From assembly GCA_041746255.1 (NCBI GenBank), contig JBGTHM010000007.1:1-46614 (forward strand): a stretch of 46,614 nt of DNA, written 5' to 3'. The position numbers and the translations under genes are program-made. This DNA comes from Fibrobacteria bacterium (GTDB lineage: Bacteria > Fibrobacterota > Fibrobacteria > UBA11236). The notes beneath the pieces are model-generated. The model made no database searches and was not told where the DNA came from. It worked only from the letters and a program-made list of their open reading frames with translations. Below, piece by piece: positions 9,865 through 19,670 of this stretch (position 1 is the first letter of the stretch; each line of letters begins with the position of its first letter).

Positions 9865-10275
9865 ATGGAATCTGCGACGCGAGGAACCGTATTACTAGTT
9901 GACGACAACCCCACCATCGTGGAGATGGTGAAATTAGTGCTCGAAATGGAAGGTTTCGAAGTGATATCCGCCTCCGATGCCTGCTCGGCCTTGGACCTCG
10001 GGCTATCCTATCCCCAATCCATCTGCCTGCTTTTAACGGATATCATGCTCGGGCCGGGACTGAACGGACGGGAGGTGGCGGAGCAGCTGCGCCGTGTCCG
10101 TCCCCATATGCCGGTGCTGTATATTTCGGGATATTCGGACGATGCAAATGTGGAAGCAGAAATCAGCCGGGCCGACGCGGTTTTCCTCCCCAAACCTTTT
10201 TCTGTGCGTACGCTCGCCGAAAAGGTGAACCAAGCTCTCAACTCCCGGAAGCAGAGCATCAACTCCCGGGCATGA
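9865..10275 (+). CDS. Single-domain response regulator (receiver only)
   Basis: VLLVDD, phosphoacceptor LLTDIML, ISG, KPF. Start re-set to ATG 9865. Confidence 0.9.
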   Translation: MESATRGTVLLVDDNPTIVEMVKLVLEMEGFEVISASDACSALDLGLSYPQSICLLLTDIMLGPGLNGREVAEQLRRVRPHMPVLYISGYSDDANVEAEISRADAVFLPKPFSVRTLAEKVNQALNSRKQSINSRA

Positions 10276-10338
10276 TCCGGTACTTAAGGCCAAGGGTGGC
10301 GCGGATAGCGGCGCTGCAAATCAAAAAAGCGGATGGGT

Positions 10339-11133
10339 TCAAAGAAATAACCACAAAGTGAAAAGCGCAAGTCCAATCCGGTACCATCCAAAACCCACCA
10401 GGGTATGCGTATTCAAGATGCGAAGAAAAAACGTGATGGCCACCCAAGCCGAAACCATGGCGACAAAAAATCCCAGTCCAAAGAGCGGGATGTCGGTCCA
10501 AACGAAAAGGGCCCAACTTTTATAGAGATCATAGGCAGTGGCTGCGACCATGATGGGGACGGCGGCTAAAAAGGAGTATTCCGCGGCGGTTTTCCGCTCC
10601 ACTCCCAGCAACATCGCTCCCACGATGGTAGCGGCCGCCCGCGAAACACCCGGCCATAAAGCCAAACATTGAAACAACCCGATTCCCAAGGCGATGCGCC
10701 ACGTCAGTGCATCCAGCGAAAGCTTCTCCATCTTGGGACGCAAATGCTCCACCACCAGGATGGCGACCCCGCCCACTCCGAATCCCACCGCGACTGTGAT
10801 GGGAGAGAAGAGGTATTGCTTAATGAAGCCATGACCCACCCCTCCAACGGCCAAGGCAGGCAGCGTGGTAATCCCTAATAGAAGGATTCCATTCCATCCA
10901 TTGAAACCAGCGCCGGTTGTAAACGACATCAGGCTCGCAACCCTTTGGCGGTAAAGGGAAAGCACCGCGAAAATGGCACCCAATTGGATGAAGACTTGGA
11001 ACGATTGGGCGCGAGAGTCGTCAAAGCCCAATAAATGACCCACAACAATCATATGACCGGTGGAAGAAATAGGAAGAAACTCGGTCAGCCCCTCTACGAT
11101 GCTGACAATTAGAACTATTCCGATAATACCCAT
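10339..11133 (-). CDS. uppP: Undecaprenyl-diphosphate phosphatase
   Basis: VEGLTEFLPISSTGH and PGVSRAAAT signature motifs. Confidence 0.96.
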   Translation of the reverse strand: MGIIGIVLIVSIVEGLTEFLPISSTGHMIVVGHLLGFDDSRAQSFQVFIQLGAIFAVLSLYRQRVASLMSFTTGAGFNGWNGILLLGITTLPALAVGGVGHGFIKQYLFSPITVAVGFGVGGVAILVVEHLRPKMEKLSLDALTWRIALGIGLFQCLALWPGVSRAAATIVGAMLLGVERKTAAEYSFLAAVPIMVAATAYDLYKSWALFVWTDIPLFGLGFFVAMVSAWVAITFFLRILNTHTLVGFGWYRIGLALFTLWLFL

Positions 11134-11167
11134 ATGCGAAACATAACTAAGAATATCGGAGTACTTT

Positions 11168-13732
11168 TCAAATCCAGGGATGGCGCGGGTAGCGCCTTTT
11201 AAATTCCTTTTTGACTTCGGGGTAAGTGTTCAGCCAAAACCCGGACAGATCAAGGGTTTTCTGGACGGTGCGATAGTTCGGGGCCAAGATATCGAAAACC
11301 ACCTCCACCTGTCCGTCTAACAAGGTGAGTCGGCCTTCCATCCCGAAAAAATCGGCAATACGCGCCGACAGTTCGGGTGGGTGGCCTTCGAAATAGGTGA
11401 ATTTCGCCATGCGCCCCGAGGGTAACTTACGGCGTACGGGCAACTCGGTCTCCAGAAAAGCAGCTTGCATCGGCCCGATATACTCTTTGAGAGCTTTGAC
11501 CAATGAAAGGCCTTCCAATTCGCGCAGGGAGGACTTTCCCCGGCAGACCTCATGGTAAAGCAGGGTCCAGTCTTCCTCGTCCATTTTGGGGAAGCCGTAT
11601 TCGGGATGCGCCTTGCGGGCCAGGGCTAAGCGGAGCAGCCATTGGTTTGCATCATCATCCCATCCGGGGAATTTTTCCTGACCGGAAACCAGCCGGGCAA
11701 CCAACAGCGCCTCGGCACTTTCAGTGGCGGCGGAGGATAACGTGGTCCCGGTCCCGGCCGCGGAACGGCGCGCCAGGATAAGGCCCCGAAAGAGCAGGTG
11801 CTCCTCTTGGACGGCGCGCCCCCGGGTCTCGTCCCAACCGCTCACGTTTTTCCAGAAACATTCCTGGGGAAAGGTCTCTTCTATCCAGCGGCTCGCACAG
11901 GGCAGATAGACGGGAATGGAAATTTGCCGGGCCTGATGGCGGCCTCCGGTTTCACGCAATTGCAACGCCAGCAGAGCCGGAAATTTTTCCCCCTGCGATA
12001 CGAGGGTTGGGTTGGAGAGAGTGGCCTTGCGCCCATCAGCCAATTGATAGCTATTGGAATCGGGTAGACGCACCGCGATTCTGTCCCCGTAGGCTATCAG
12101 CCAAAACCGCGTCATGGTTTCGCGAAAGGCCGGTGTTAAAGCCTCTTCCGGAGTGGGCTTCGCTGTAGGGGAATCGCCCGAGTCCTCTCGTTCAGATGGG
12201 TTGCGATTTAGGGCGGGGCGAAAGGAAAGCAATTGTTCGTATACCGGGCGAATTTCGCGGTCATGGCGACGGGAACCGGGTTCGCTCCAGAAATCGATTC
12301 CAGCGGCAAGCAGGTCGATACTCCCTCCGGAGCGTCTATCGGTTTCGAGGAGCGCTATCATGGCCGCCGCCGGCTCTCCCATTCCGTGGGCGAAGGTTTC
12401 AAGCAGCACGCGCGCGAGCCGGGGGTGGGCGGGAACCCCTGCCATGGCCGACCCCATGGGCGTAAGCGCCCCGGCTGAATCCAGCGCATCCGTGGCTTGC
12501 AACAAGGCTTCGGCCTGTATGACTTTTTCTGCAGGGGGTGGGCTCAGCCAGAAACCGGGCTCGGCCCACATTTTTCCCTGCGTACGCTTCGCTGCCGGGA
12601 GACGCGAACCCAGCGCCGCCAACGACAAGAGAAGTCCCGCAATATCCAGGCGGCTGATTTCCGGCTCCAAGGCTTTGGCCATTTGCCGTTCGGACTCTTC
12701 GCTCCATAACCTGATGCAGCGCCCCGGCGCGGTGCGGCCGGCCCGGCCCGCCCGTTGTATCGCATTATGCACACTGATGCGACCGAGGTAGAGGGTGTTG
12801 ATGTCCCTCTCAGCATCGTAGGACGACTGGCGGGAAAGTCCCGAATCGATAACCGCAGTGATGCCGGGGAGGGTGAGCGAGGTTTCTGCGACATTCGTCG
12901 CCAAAACGACGCAGGTTCCCAGTGCCGGAGCGGCTAGCGCCTGTTGCTGCTGCTCCAGATTGAGACTGCCATGCAATTCCAGCAATTTGAAACCGACTTC
13001 GCGGCAGAAAGGGGCCAAGGTTTCGAGGGCGCGACGGATTTCCCCCTGGCCGGGCAGGAAAACCAAAACCGAGCCTTCGAGACCGCCCGCGACCAATGCC
13101 TTCAAGGCGCGGAGTATTTGCGGCTCGAGGTATTCGTTCAAGCGGGGAGTCTGATATTCGACGGAAACGGGATAGGTGCGGGCAGGGATATCGAGCGCTC
13201 CCGGTACGCCGAGGTGGCGGGCGAGCTGGTTTTCCTCCAAGGTGGCCGACATGACCACGATACGTAAGTCGGGTCTTTGGGTGGCGCGCAAACGGCAGGC
13301 CCAGGCAAACAAGGCGTCGGCTTCCAAGGTGCGCTCATGGAATTCGTCGAAAACCAGGATATCGATTTTCGGTAGCAGCGGTGCAGCCACCGCTTGCTGA
13401 AAAGCCACTCCATAAGTTTGGAAAAAAATACGGGTTCGGGGCGAATGCCTGCTTTCGAACCGGACTTGATAGCCGACCCGTCCACCTTCGGATTCGTTGC
13501 ATTCTTCGGCAACCCGTCGCGCCAGACTGCGGGCGGCTATGCGCCGCGGCTGAAGCACGATAATGCGAGCCTCGGGGTCGTCTTCGTGCAAAAACCGGGG
13601 AACCTGGGTGGATTTCCCCGATCCCGGCGGCGCGGAGAGAATGAGCCTCCCCTCTTCGCGGAGCGAATCGATTATGGCCTGACGAAATGCGCTTACGGGA
13701 AGGTTCACAAACTCCTTCAATTCATACTGCAA
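11168..13732 (-). CDS. hrpB: ATP-dependent DEAH-box RNA helicase HrpB
   Basis: APPGSGKST, QPRRIAA, DEFHER, MSAT, TNVAETSLT, QRAGRAGR and C-terminal YPEVKKE...RYPRHPW. Confidence 0.93.
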   Translation of the reverse strand: MQYELKEFVNLPVSAFRQAIIDSLREEGRLILSAPPGSGKSTQVPRFLHEDDPEARIIVLQPRRIAARSLARRVAEECNESEGGRVGYQVRFESRHSPRTRIFFQTYGVAFQQAVAAPLLPKIDILVFDEFHERTLEADALFAWACRLRATQRPDLRIVVMSATLEENQLARHLGVPGALDIPARTYPVSVEYQTPRLNEYLEPQILRALKALVAGGLEGSVLVFLPGQGEIRRALETLAPFCREVGFKLLELHGSLNLEQQQQALAAPALGTCVVLATNVAETSLTLPGITAVIDSGLSRQSSYDAERDINTLYLGRISVHNAIQRAGRAGRTAPGRCIRLWSEESERQMAKALEPEISRLDIAGLLLSLAALGSRLPAAKRTQGKMWAEPGFWLSPPPAEKVIQAEALLQATDALDSAGALTPMGSAMAGVPAHPRLARVLLETFAHGMGEPAAAMIALLETDRRSGGSIDLLAAGIDFWSEPGSRRHDREIRPVYEQLLSFRPALNRNPSEREDSGDSPTAKPTPEEALTPAFRETMTRFWLIAYGDRIAVRLPDSNSYQLADGRKATLSNPTLVSQGEKFPALLALQLRETGGRHQARQISIPVYLPCASRWIEETFPQECFWKNVSGWDETRGRAVQEEHLLFRGLILARRSAAGTGTTLSSAATESAEALLVARLVSGQEKFPGWDDDANQWLLRLALARKAHPEYGFPKMDEEDWTLLYHEVCRGKSSLRELEGLSLVKALKEYIGPMQAAFLETELPVRRKLPSGRMAKFTYFEGHPPELSARIADFFGMEGRLTLLDGQVEVVFDILAPNYRTVQKTLDLSGFWLNTYPEVKKEFKRRYPRHPWI

Positions 13733-13903
13733 GTTTCACTGCAACTTCGATTCCATTCCGAAGGTATGTATTCGCAACGGCCCTTGAAAGAGTGATTTTC
13801 GCGCTCAAGTAGTGTTGTCAGCGGGGATGAAACGGTGGGATAATAGCTGAACCATCGATTGTACACACCCGTTTTTACGGTGGCGAAAAGGAAGTTTCTA
13901 CCC

Positions 13904-14677
13904 GTGGATATAACCACTCTTCTCGGACCCATTATCGCTCTGGTCGGAATCCTTGGGGGGTTGGTCCTTGAAGGCGGACACCTTGGCTCCCTGGTGCAGA
14001 TTACGGCTTTGCTCATCGTGGGGGGAGGAACCATAGGAGCGACTTTCGCCAGTTTTCCCCTCGAACATATCATGATTGCGTTAAAAGGCATGAAAGTCGC
14101 CTTTGTGCCGCCCAAGGCCGACCATGAGAAGACCATCAGTGAGCTCACCGAGCTATGCCAGTTCGCGCGCAAGAACGGCATCATGGCGCTGGAAGCAAAA
14201 GCCAAATCGCACACCGACGATTTTACCCGCAAAGGATTGTCGCTGGTGGTGGACGGTATCGATCCGGCCATGCTGGTGGCCATCATGGAAACCGAACTGG
14301 AAACTTTCGAGGAGCATGCCAAAATGCCGGTTCCGGTTTTCGAAGCCGGAGGCGCCTATGCACCCACCATCGGAATCATCGGCGCGGTTTTAGGACTCAT
14401 CCATGTGATGGAGAACTTGGACGATCCTTCCATGCTGGGATCCGGTATCGCGGTAGCCTTTGTCGCCACCATTTACGGATTGGCCATAGCTAATCTCATC
14501 TGTCTTCCCATCGCCAATAAATTGAAGATGCGTGCCAAGGAAATGACCCACGAGAAAACCATGATTCTGCAAGGCTTGATTGCGCTGCAGAACGGCGAGA
14601 ACCCCCACTTCCTGGGACAGAGGCTGCGCGCCTTTTTGAGCGGCGATCACAAAGGCGGAGCGGCGGAAGCCCACTAG
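13904..14677 (+). CDS. motA: Flagellar-type stator protein MotA
   Basis: MDITTLLG (GTG start at 13904 after AGGAAG), ALLIVGGGT, RKNGIMALE, APTIGIIGAVLGLI, IAVAFVATIYG. Confidence 0.93.
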   Translation: MDITTLLGPIIALVGILGGLVLEGGHLGSLVQITALLIVGGGTIGATFASFPLEHIMIALKGMKVAFVPPKADHEKTISELTELCQFARKNGIMALEAKAKSHTDDFTRKGLSLVVDGIDPAMLVAIMETELETFEEHAKMPVPVFEAGGAYAPTIGIIGAVLGLIHVMENLDDPSMLGSGIAVAFVATIYGLAIANLICLPIANKLKMRAKEMTHEKTMILQGLIALQNGENPHFLGQRLRAFLSGDHKGGAAEAH

Positions 14678-14689
14678 CGTTAGACCGGC

Positions 14690-15475
14690 ATGTCGAAAAA
14701 ACATAAACATGAGGAACATGTCAACCATGAAAGATGGTTGGTTTCCTATGCGGACTTCATCACTTTGCTTTTCGCCACCTTCGTAGCCTTATACGCCATG
14801 AGCAAGGCCGATACCACGAAATTCGAAGCCGCCGCGGCTTCCTTGCGCATGTCTTTCGGCAGCGGATCGACGAACATGATCCCTCAACAAAGCCTGGAGT
14901 TCATTCAAATTCCTTCGGACCGGCCCACCCTGGTTTCCAGTAAATCCGGTTCGACGGATGGAGAGGATCAGAAGCAGGCCGGTAGTGAGGATTTCCATCG
15001 CATCAAACGTCTGCTGGAAAACTTTCTCATGACCAAAGGCATGCTCAGCCGGGTTAACATTGAGATAGAATCGCGAGGCCTCGTCATCAGCTTGAAGGAG
15101 GCGGGTTTTTTCGAGTCGGGCCGGGCGGAATTGAAGAAGGAAGGACAGGAGGTCTTCGAAGAACTGGCGCTGTATTTCAAGGAATACCGCAACCCCATCC
15201 GAGTCGAAGGCCATAGCGACAACGTTCCCATTAGGTCGGCGCTCTTTCCTTCCAATTGGGAGCTTTCGACCACGCGCGCAACCAATGTGGTGAAACTCCT
15301 GGTGCGCGAGTATGGAATCGACGCCCAGAAAATATCCGCCACCGGTTACGGGGAATTCCGCCCCGTGTCCGATAATGATTCCGAGGGCGGGCGGGCGCGC
15401 AACCGCCGCGTCGACCTGGTCATCCTCTCGGGGTCGGGTGAAATCGGCGAACCGCAATATAGCGACAAACGCTGA
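14690..15475 (+). CDS. motB: Flagellar-type stator protein MotB
   Basis: HERWLVSYADFITLL with the conserved Asp, plus an OmpA-like domain (EGHSDNVPI, SNWELSTTRA, RNRRVD). Confidence 0.94.
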   Translation: MSKKHKHEEHVNHERWLVSYADFITLLFATFVALYAMSKADTTKFEAAAASLRMSFGSGSTNMIPQQSLEFIQIPSDRPTLVSSKSGSTDGEDQKQAGSEDFHRIKRLLENFLMTKGMLSRVNIEIESRGLVISLKEAGFFESGRAELKKEGQEVFEELALYFKEYRNPIRVEGHSDNVPIRSALFPSNWELSTTRATNVVKLLVREYGIDAQKISATGYGEFRPVSDNDSEGGRARNRRVDLVILSGSGEIGEPQYSDKR

Positions 15476-15478
15476 AAG

Positions 15479-15865
15479 TCAAGCGGGTGTGGAACCCAGC
15501 CAATGGGCCAGCTTGAATCCGGCGAAGTAGAGAGCCAAACCCAGGGGCACCTGCATCGTCGCGACAATCAAATAAGCATAATGTCGAGTGGCCAGCAATT
15601 CGAACAGATCTTTGCTGAAAGCGCTGAAAGTCGTAAAGGCTCCGATAAAACCCGCCCCTAAAGGCAGCAACCAAACCTGCATGGACGGGTACCGGGATGA
15701 GGTGAAAACCAGGGCGAAACCCAAAGCGAACGACCCTAAAGCATTGACAAACAGGGTAGCCCAGAAAATCGGCAAGCTATACAGCGCGCAATACCGGTAA
15801 ACCCCTACCCGGCACAAAGCGCCTCCCGCAGCCGCCAGCGCCGTTAGCAAAAGAATTTTTACCAT
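15479..15865 (-). CDS. crcB: Fluoride channel Fluc/CrcB
   Basis: GGALCR, TLFVNALGSF and GFIGAFTTFSAF motifs, 4 TM helices. Confidence 0.9.
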   Translation of the reverse strand: MVKILLLTALAAAGGALCRVGVYRYCALYSLPIFWATLFVNALGSFALGFALVFTSSRYPSMQVWLLPLGAGFIGAFTTFSAFSKDLFELLATRHYAYLIVATMQVPLGLALYFAGFKLAHWLGSTPA

Positions 15866-15880
15866 GGCCTGTGAATTTAG

Positions 15881-15896
15881 TATTTCACGTGGAACC
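15881..15896. promoter_or_regulatory. parS-like palindrome
   Basis: TATTTCACGTGGAACC. Its reverse complement GGTTCCACGTGAAATA matches the parS consensus TGTTNCACGTGAAACA at 14/16. Intergenic. Confidence 0.5.
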
Positions 15897-15986
15897 TAGA
15901 CTTCGGCTTAGGTATTTTTTGTTATTCTATTGCTGCTTTGGCGGGCACGGTCCCCCCAGGCAGCGGGGAAGCCCGTGGGAGGTCAT

Positions 15987-16649
15987 ATGTTGAATAGAAG
16001 TAAATGGTTGGTAGGAATTGTCGGTATAGCGATACTAATGGGCTGCGCGAATCGCGCGGGCACAGGCGGACTGATCGGTGCGGGAGCGGGTGGCGTGCTG
16101 GGCGGATTAATCGGTAAAAAATCCGGTAATACCGCGGCCGGAGCCATCATCGGCGCCGCCATCGGCGGAACAGCGGGAGCCTCCATCGGACATTATATGG
16201 ACAGGCAAGCAGCCGATCTTCAGAAGGATTTGAAGAACGCCAAGGTGGAACGCGTGGGCGAAGGCATTAAAATCACTTTTCAATCCGGTATCCTTTTTGA
16301 TATCAATTCCTTTCAGCTCCGTGGAGAAGCGCAAACAAACCTAACGGATTTAGCCAAGGTGCTGAACAAATACGCGGATACCGAAATCATGGTGCAAGGC
16401 CATACGGATTCCACCGGCACCGAGTCGCATAATCAAAAATTATCGGAAAACCGGGCCAGTGCGGTATCCAATCATATCAAGGGCCAGGGCGTTAAAGGCG
16501 GTCGCATCACCACCTCCGGTTATGGCGAAGGCCAGCCGGTAGCCGATAATGGAACCGCTGCCGGAAGACAAGCCAATAGACGCGTCGAAGTGGCGATTTG
16601 GGCCAATGATAAATTGAAAAAGGCCGCCAAAGAAGGAAAACAGATTTAA
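15987..16649 (+). CDS. OmpA-family lipoprotein with glycine zipper (YiaD-like)
   Basis: GGAGG RBS, lipobox LMGC, glycine zipper, GHTDSTG...LSENRA...NRRVE. Confidence 0.92.
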   Translation: MLNRSKWLVGIVGIAILMGCANRAGTGGLIGAGAGGVLGGLIGKKSGNTAAGAIIGAAIGGTAGASIGHYMDRQAADLQKDLKNAKVERVGEGIKITFQSGILFDINSFQLRGEAQTNLTDLAKVLNKYADTEIMVQGHTDSTGTESHNQKLSENRASAVSNHIKGQGVKGGRITTSGYGEGQPVADNGTAAGRQANRRVEVAIWANDKLKKAAKEGKQI

Positions 16650-16673
16650 ACAAATCCATTCATAGAGGTACAC

Positions 16674-18236
16674 GTGGGTCGACTTCTCGAGGACCTGAAA
16701 CAACCGGGAATGCAACTCGAGGAAACCCATATCTCCCGCGTCCTATTGGGCGCGCGCGAAGTATGGAAATTGAAAAAACCCGTTAACTTCGGGTTTCTGG
16801 ATTTTTCCACCTCCGAAAAACGCCACATCGCTTGCGAAGCCGAAGTGGCGTTGAACCGGCGCTTGGCGCCCGAAGTGTATGTGGGAGTGATTCCCATTAC
16901 GCGGGATGAAGCAGGCCGCCACGCCTTTGCCGGGAAAGGCCGGACTGTCGACTGGGCGGTGCTGATGCAACGCCTGCCCGACTCCCATCGTTTGGACCGC
17001 AGGCTTGCCGACGGCCATCTGACAAAATCCCAGCTCGAATCCCTCGCGCGCAAGTTGGCCGACTTTCATTCGCGGGCGCGTAGCGATGCCCACACGGCAG
17101 CCTTTGGGACGGTGGGCGCGGTCGCGGAAAATGTGCGCGCTAATTTCGACGCGGTACGAGCCAAACTTTCCACGGTATTATCGGAAGAACAAGCCCTCGA
17201 ATTGGAAAACCGGCAAAGCGCGTTTTTACGGGATAACGCCGGACTATTCGCTGAACGGATTCACCAGGGACATGTGAGAGACGGTCATGGCGACTTACGT
17301 CTGGGACAGATCTACCTCGATGAAACCGGAAATGCCTCGATTCTGGATTGTATCGAATTCAATGAGCGCTATCGTTGCGGCGATGTCGCCGCCGATATCG
17401 CTTTCCTATCCATGGACTTGGCCGCCCACGGCCGGGTGGATTTGTCGGAACTTTTTCTGGCGGCTTATGTCGAAGCCTCTCAAGACTTCGATTTATACCG
17501 GGTGGTGGATTTCTATGAAAGTTATCGCGCCTGCGTGCGCGGCAAAGTCGCCTTGCTCACCGCAGCCGACGACGAAATCCAACCTGCGGCACGACTGCGG
17601 GCTGAAGAAGAAGCGCGTCGGTATTTCCTGCTGGCCTTGGCCACCCTTCGCCGCAACCTGACGCCTCCGGTTTTGGTGGCCGTGGGAGGTTTGATGGCAT
17701 CCGGCAAAAGTACGTTGGCCACCCGACTGGGTTTGGAAATGGCCGCACCCGTGCTCAGTTCGGACCGGACTCGTAAACATTTGCTAAGGGCGCATCCGAC
17801 GCAGCGGCTTGCGGACGAAATCGAAAAGGGAAGTTATGCTCCCGAAATGACGAGCCGTGTTTACCGGGAGATTTTTCGCCTCGCACGGACCGTTTTATCT
17901 ACGGGTCGTTCAATATTGGTTGACGCCTCATTCCGCTCACGTAAGCATCGGGAGGCCTTACGCGAAGCCGCGCACAATCAAGGCGCCGGTTTTCTGTTTC
18001 TGGAATGCCGCGCCGATGTCGAAACGCTTAAGCGAAGATTACGCGAGCGGGCGCTCGGCCCCAGCATCAGCGACGGGCGCGAAGAACTTTTAGACGCCTT
18101 CGCGCAAGGCTGGGAGGCGGTGGAGGAATTGAATGAGTCCGAACATCTGGTGCTTGACACGACGCGCCCACTCGAGGAAGGGCTGGCCCGAATCAGGGGG
18201 CGCCTGCCCCAACTGACCGGCCTAATCCGGAAATAG
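16674..18236 (+). CDS. Bifunctional aminoglycoside-phosphotransferase-like / P-loop kinase (Rv2004c-like)
   Basis: ETHIS, KLKKPVNFGFLDFST, HGDLRL, DCIEFN, then GLMASGKST and LSSDRTRK. Confidence 0.88.
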   Translation: MGRLLEDLKQPGMQLEETHISRVLLGAREVWKLKKPVNFGFLDFSTSEKRHIACEAEVALNRRLAPEVYVGVIPITRDEAGRHAFAGKGRTVDWAVLMQRLPDSHRLDRRLADGHLTKSQLESLARKLADFHSRARSDAHTAAFGTVGAVAENVRANFDAVRAKLSTVLSEEQALELENRQSAFLRDNAGLFAERIHQGHVRDGHGDLRLGQIYLDETGNASILDCIEFNERYRCGDVAADIAFLSMDLAAHGRVDLSELFLAAYVEASQDFDLYRVVDFYESYRACVRGKVALLTAADDEIQPAARLRAEEEARRYFLLALATLRRNLTPPVLVAVGGLMASGKSTLATRLGLEMAAPVLSSDRTRKHLLRAHPTQRLADEIEKGSYAPEMTSRVYREIFRLARTVLSTGRSILVDASFRSRKHREALREAAHNQGAGFLFLECRADVETLKRRLRERALGPSISDGREELLDAFAQGWEAVEELNESEHLVLDTTRPLEEGLARIRGRLPQLTGLIRK

Positions 18237-18813
18237 CGGGCCGCAGGGCGCTTTTCGGCGGATGTGGCCGACGCAAGCTCCCCGCATGCATAAATCCCAA
18301 GGGATAAAGCTCGAGCGCTTTTAGCATCTCCCTTTTCTTTGTGGGCGTGATGACTTGCATATTATAGAATTCCTCGCTGAAATCGATCTGCTTTTTGGCA
18401 AGCAATTTTTCCCGGTAATCTTCGGTACTCATGATACGACGGGCCGGATTTCCGGCCCAGATTTCATTGGCGGGGATGTGCCCCGACAAAACCGAAGAGG
18501 CGCCCAGTACGCTGTTCTCTCCCACGGAAGAATCGGGAAGGATTACGGTATTGGCGCCGATAAAACAATTGCGCTTGAGGCGAACCAATCCCACCTTGGT
18601 TTTACCGATGATTTTGAGGGAACTGGCGTCATGGGCGAAGAGCCTTACGCAAGGGCCGAACAGGACATTGTCTTCGATGGAGATCAGAAAACAATGCGCG
18701 GGATCCAAAAAAAAGCCATCGTTCAAATACACGTTTTTTCCCAATTTGAGGCCCCGGCCTACCAGTTTACGCAGATAAATATCCCGGCGAATTTTGCGTA
18801 TGAAATCCAGCAT
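18193..18813 (-). CDS. Hexapeptide-repeat (left-handed beta-helix) acyltransferase
   Basis: LISIEDNVLFG, NCFIGANTVILP, WAGNPAR. Start re-set to ATG 18813. The 3' end overlaps the convergent gene. Confidence 0.85.
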   Translation of the reverse strand: MLDFIRKIRRDIYLRKLVGRGLKLGKNVYLNDGFFLDPAHCFLISIEDNVLFGPCVRLFAHDASSLKIIGKTKVGLVRLKRNCFIGANTVILPDSSVGENSVLGASSVLSGHIPANEIWAGNPARRIMSTEDYREKLLAKKQIDFSEEFYNMQVITPTKKREMLKALELYPLGFMHAGSLRRPHPPKSALRPAISGLGRSVGAGAP

Positions 18814-18877
18814 AAGTGACTTCAAAAAATATCCGGTGGGAGTAAATGTCAAGCTAGAAGGATCATATGCTTAAAAA

Positions 18878-19564
18878 TCAGATGCGGCTGAATTCCGACC
18901 AATGGAGAATCTCTACGCCCGATCCGGGTTTTTCCGCATTTTTTACCATGGCCCGGCCCAGGTCCGCTACTTTTATGCTGCGGAAATTCCGCATCGGACC
19001 CGCCAGCACCTTGTCCAGCCACGGATAGAGCCGAAGCAGCATGGCTTGGGAAAAGCCATAACGATTTTTCGGCGTCATCAACATCGAAGGCCGGAAAAAA
19101 CTGACCCGGGTGAAACCCAGCGCCTTTATCCTTTCCTCGATTTCTCCCTTGAAGCGCAAATAGTAGATGCGTGAGCCCGGGTTGGCTCCAATTGCAGTCA
19201 ACAGCGAAAAATGCTCAACCCCTTGTCGGCGACAAGCCTCAGCGAAAAGTGCAACGGCTTCTACATCCACTCGATACAATTCGTCGCGGGATACTTTGGA
19301 AGGCTGCCCCACCCCTAAGGTACAGAAAGCCGCTTGATGACCGGAGAGAAAATTTTCATAGGCAGCGGGATCGTAGAGGTCCACCTGCTCTTGCCGCAAC
19401 TTTTCGGGTGGGGTGCCCGAAAGTTCCAAGGGGCGCCGACCCAGGGCGGTAACCTTGCCCCAATGGGAGGAACGGGCCAGCTCTATGACCACATGGCGAC
19501 CCACCGCGCCGGTGGCTCCCAAAACGACGGCTGAAAAAGCGGGGTTTGAGGATGGCTCCGGCAT
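18878..19564 (-). CDS. NAD(P)H-binding Rossmann protein, TIP30/YraR-like
   Basis: VLGATGAVG, AFCTLG, YLRFKGEIE, FRPSML. Confidence 0.88.
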   Translation of the reverse strand: MPEPSSNPAFSAVVLGATGAVGRHVVIELARSSHWGKVTALGRRPLELSGTPPEKLRQEQVDLYDPAAYENFLSGHQAAFCTLGVGQPSKVSRDELYRVDVEAVALFAEACRRQGVEHFSLLTAIGANPGSRIYYLRFKGEIEERIKALGFTRVSFFRPSMLMTPKNRYGFSQAMLLRLYPWLDKVLAGPMRNFRSIKVADLGRAMVKNAEKPGSGVEILHWSEFSRI

Positions 19565-19670
19565 TTTTTCCTTTCGGGGTGACTTCCAAACTAATTATTG
19601 TTGCGGCGACTGAATTCACTTTCTTACCTTTGGTTAAGTTATCCAATCCCGCTTTCCGAAACGGCATGAC

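Noticed and set aside
13805..13831. Possible sigma28 promoter upstream of motA (TCAAG...GGGGATGA)
   Set aside because: The -10 element matches GCCGATAA at only 5/8, which is not supportable.
13904..15475. motAB as Zorya ZorAB anti-phage system
   Set aside because: MotA is normal length without the long ZorA tail, and no zorC/D/E genes follow.
15866..15986. Fluoride riboswitch upstream of crcB
   Set aside because: No GGCGATGG...CGCC-type core is visible on the minus strand.
18193..18236. 44-bp 3' overlap of convergent genes
   Set aside because: Ordinary tail-to-tail overlap involving a probably non-conserved C-terminal extension.
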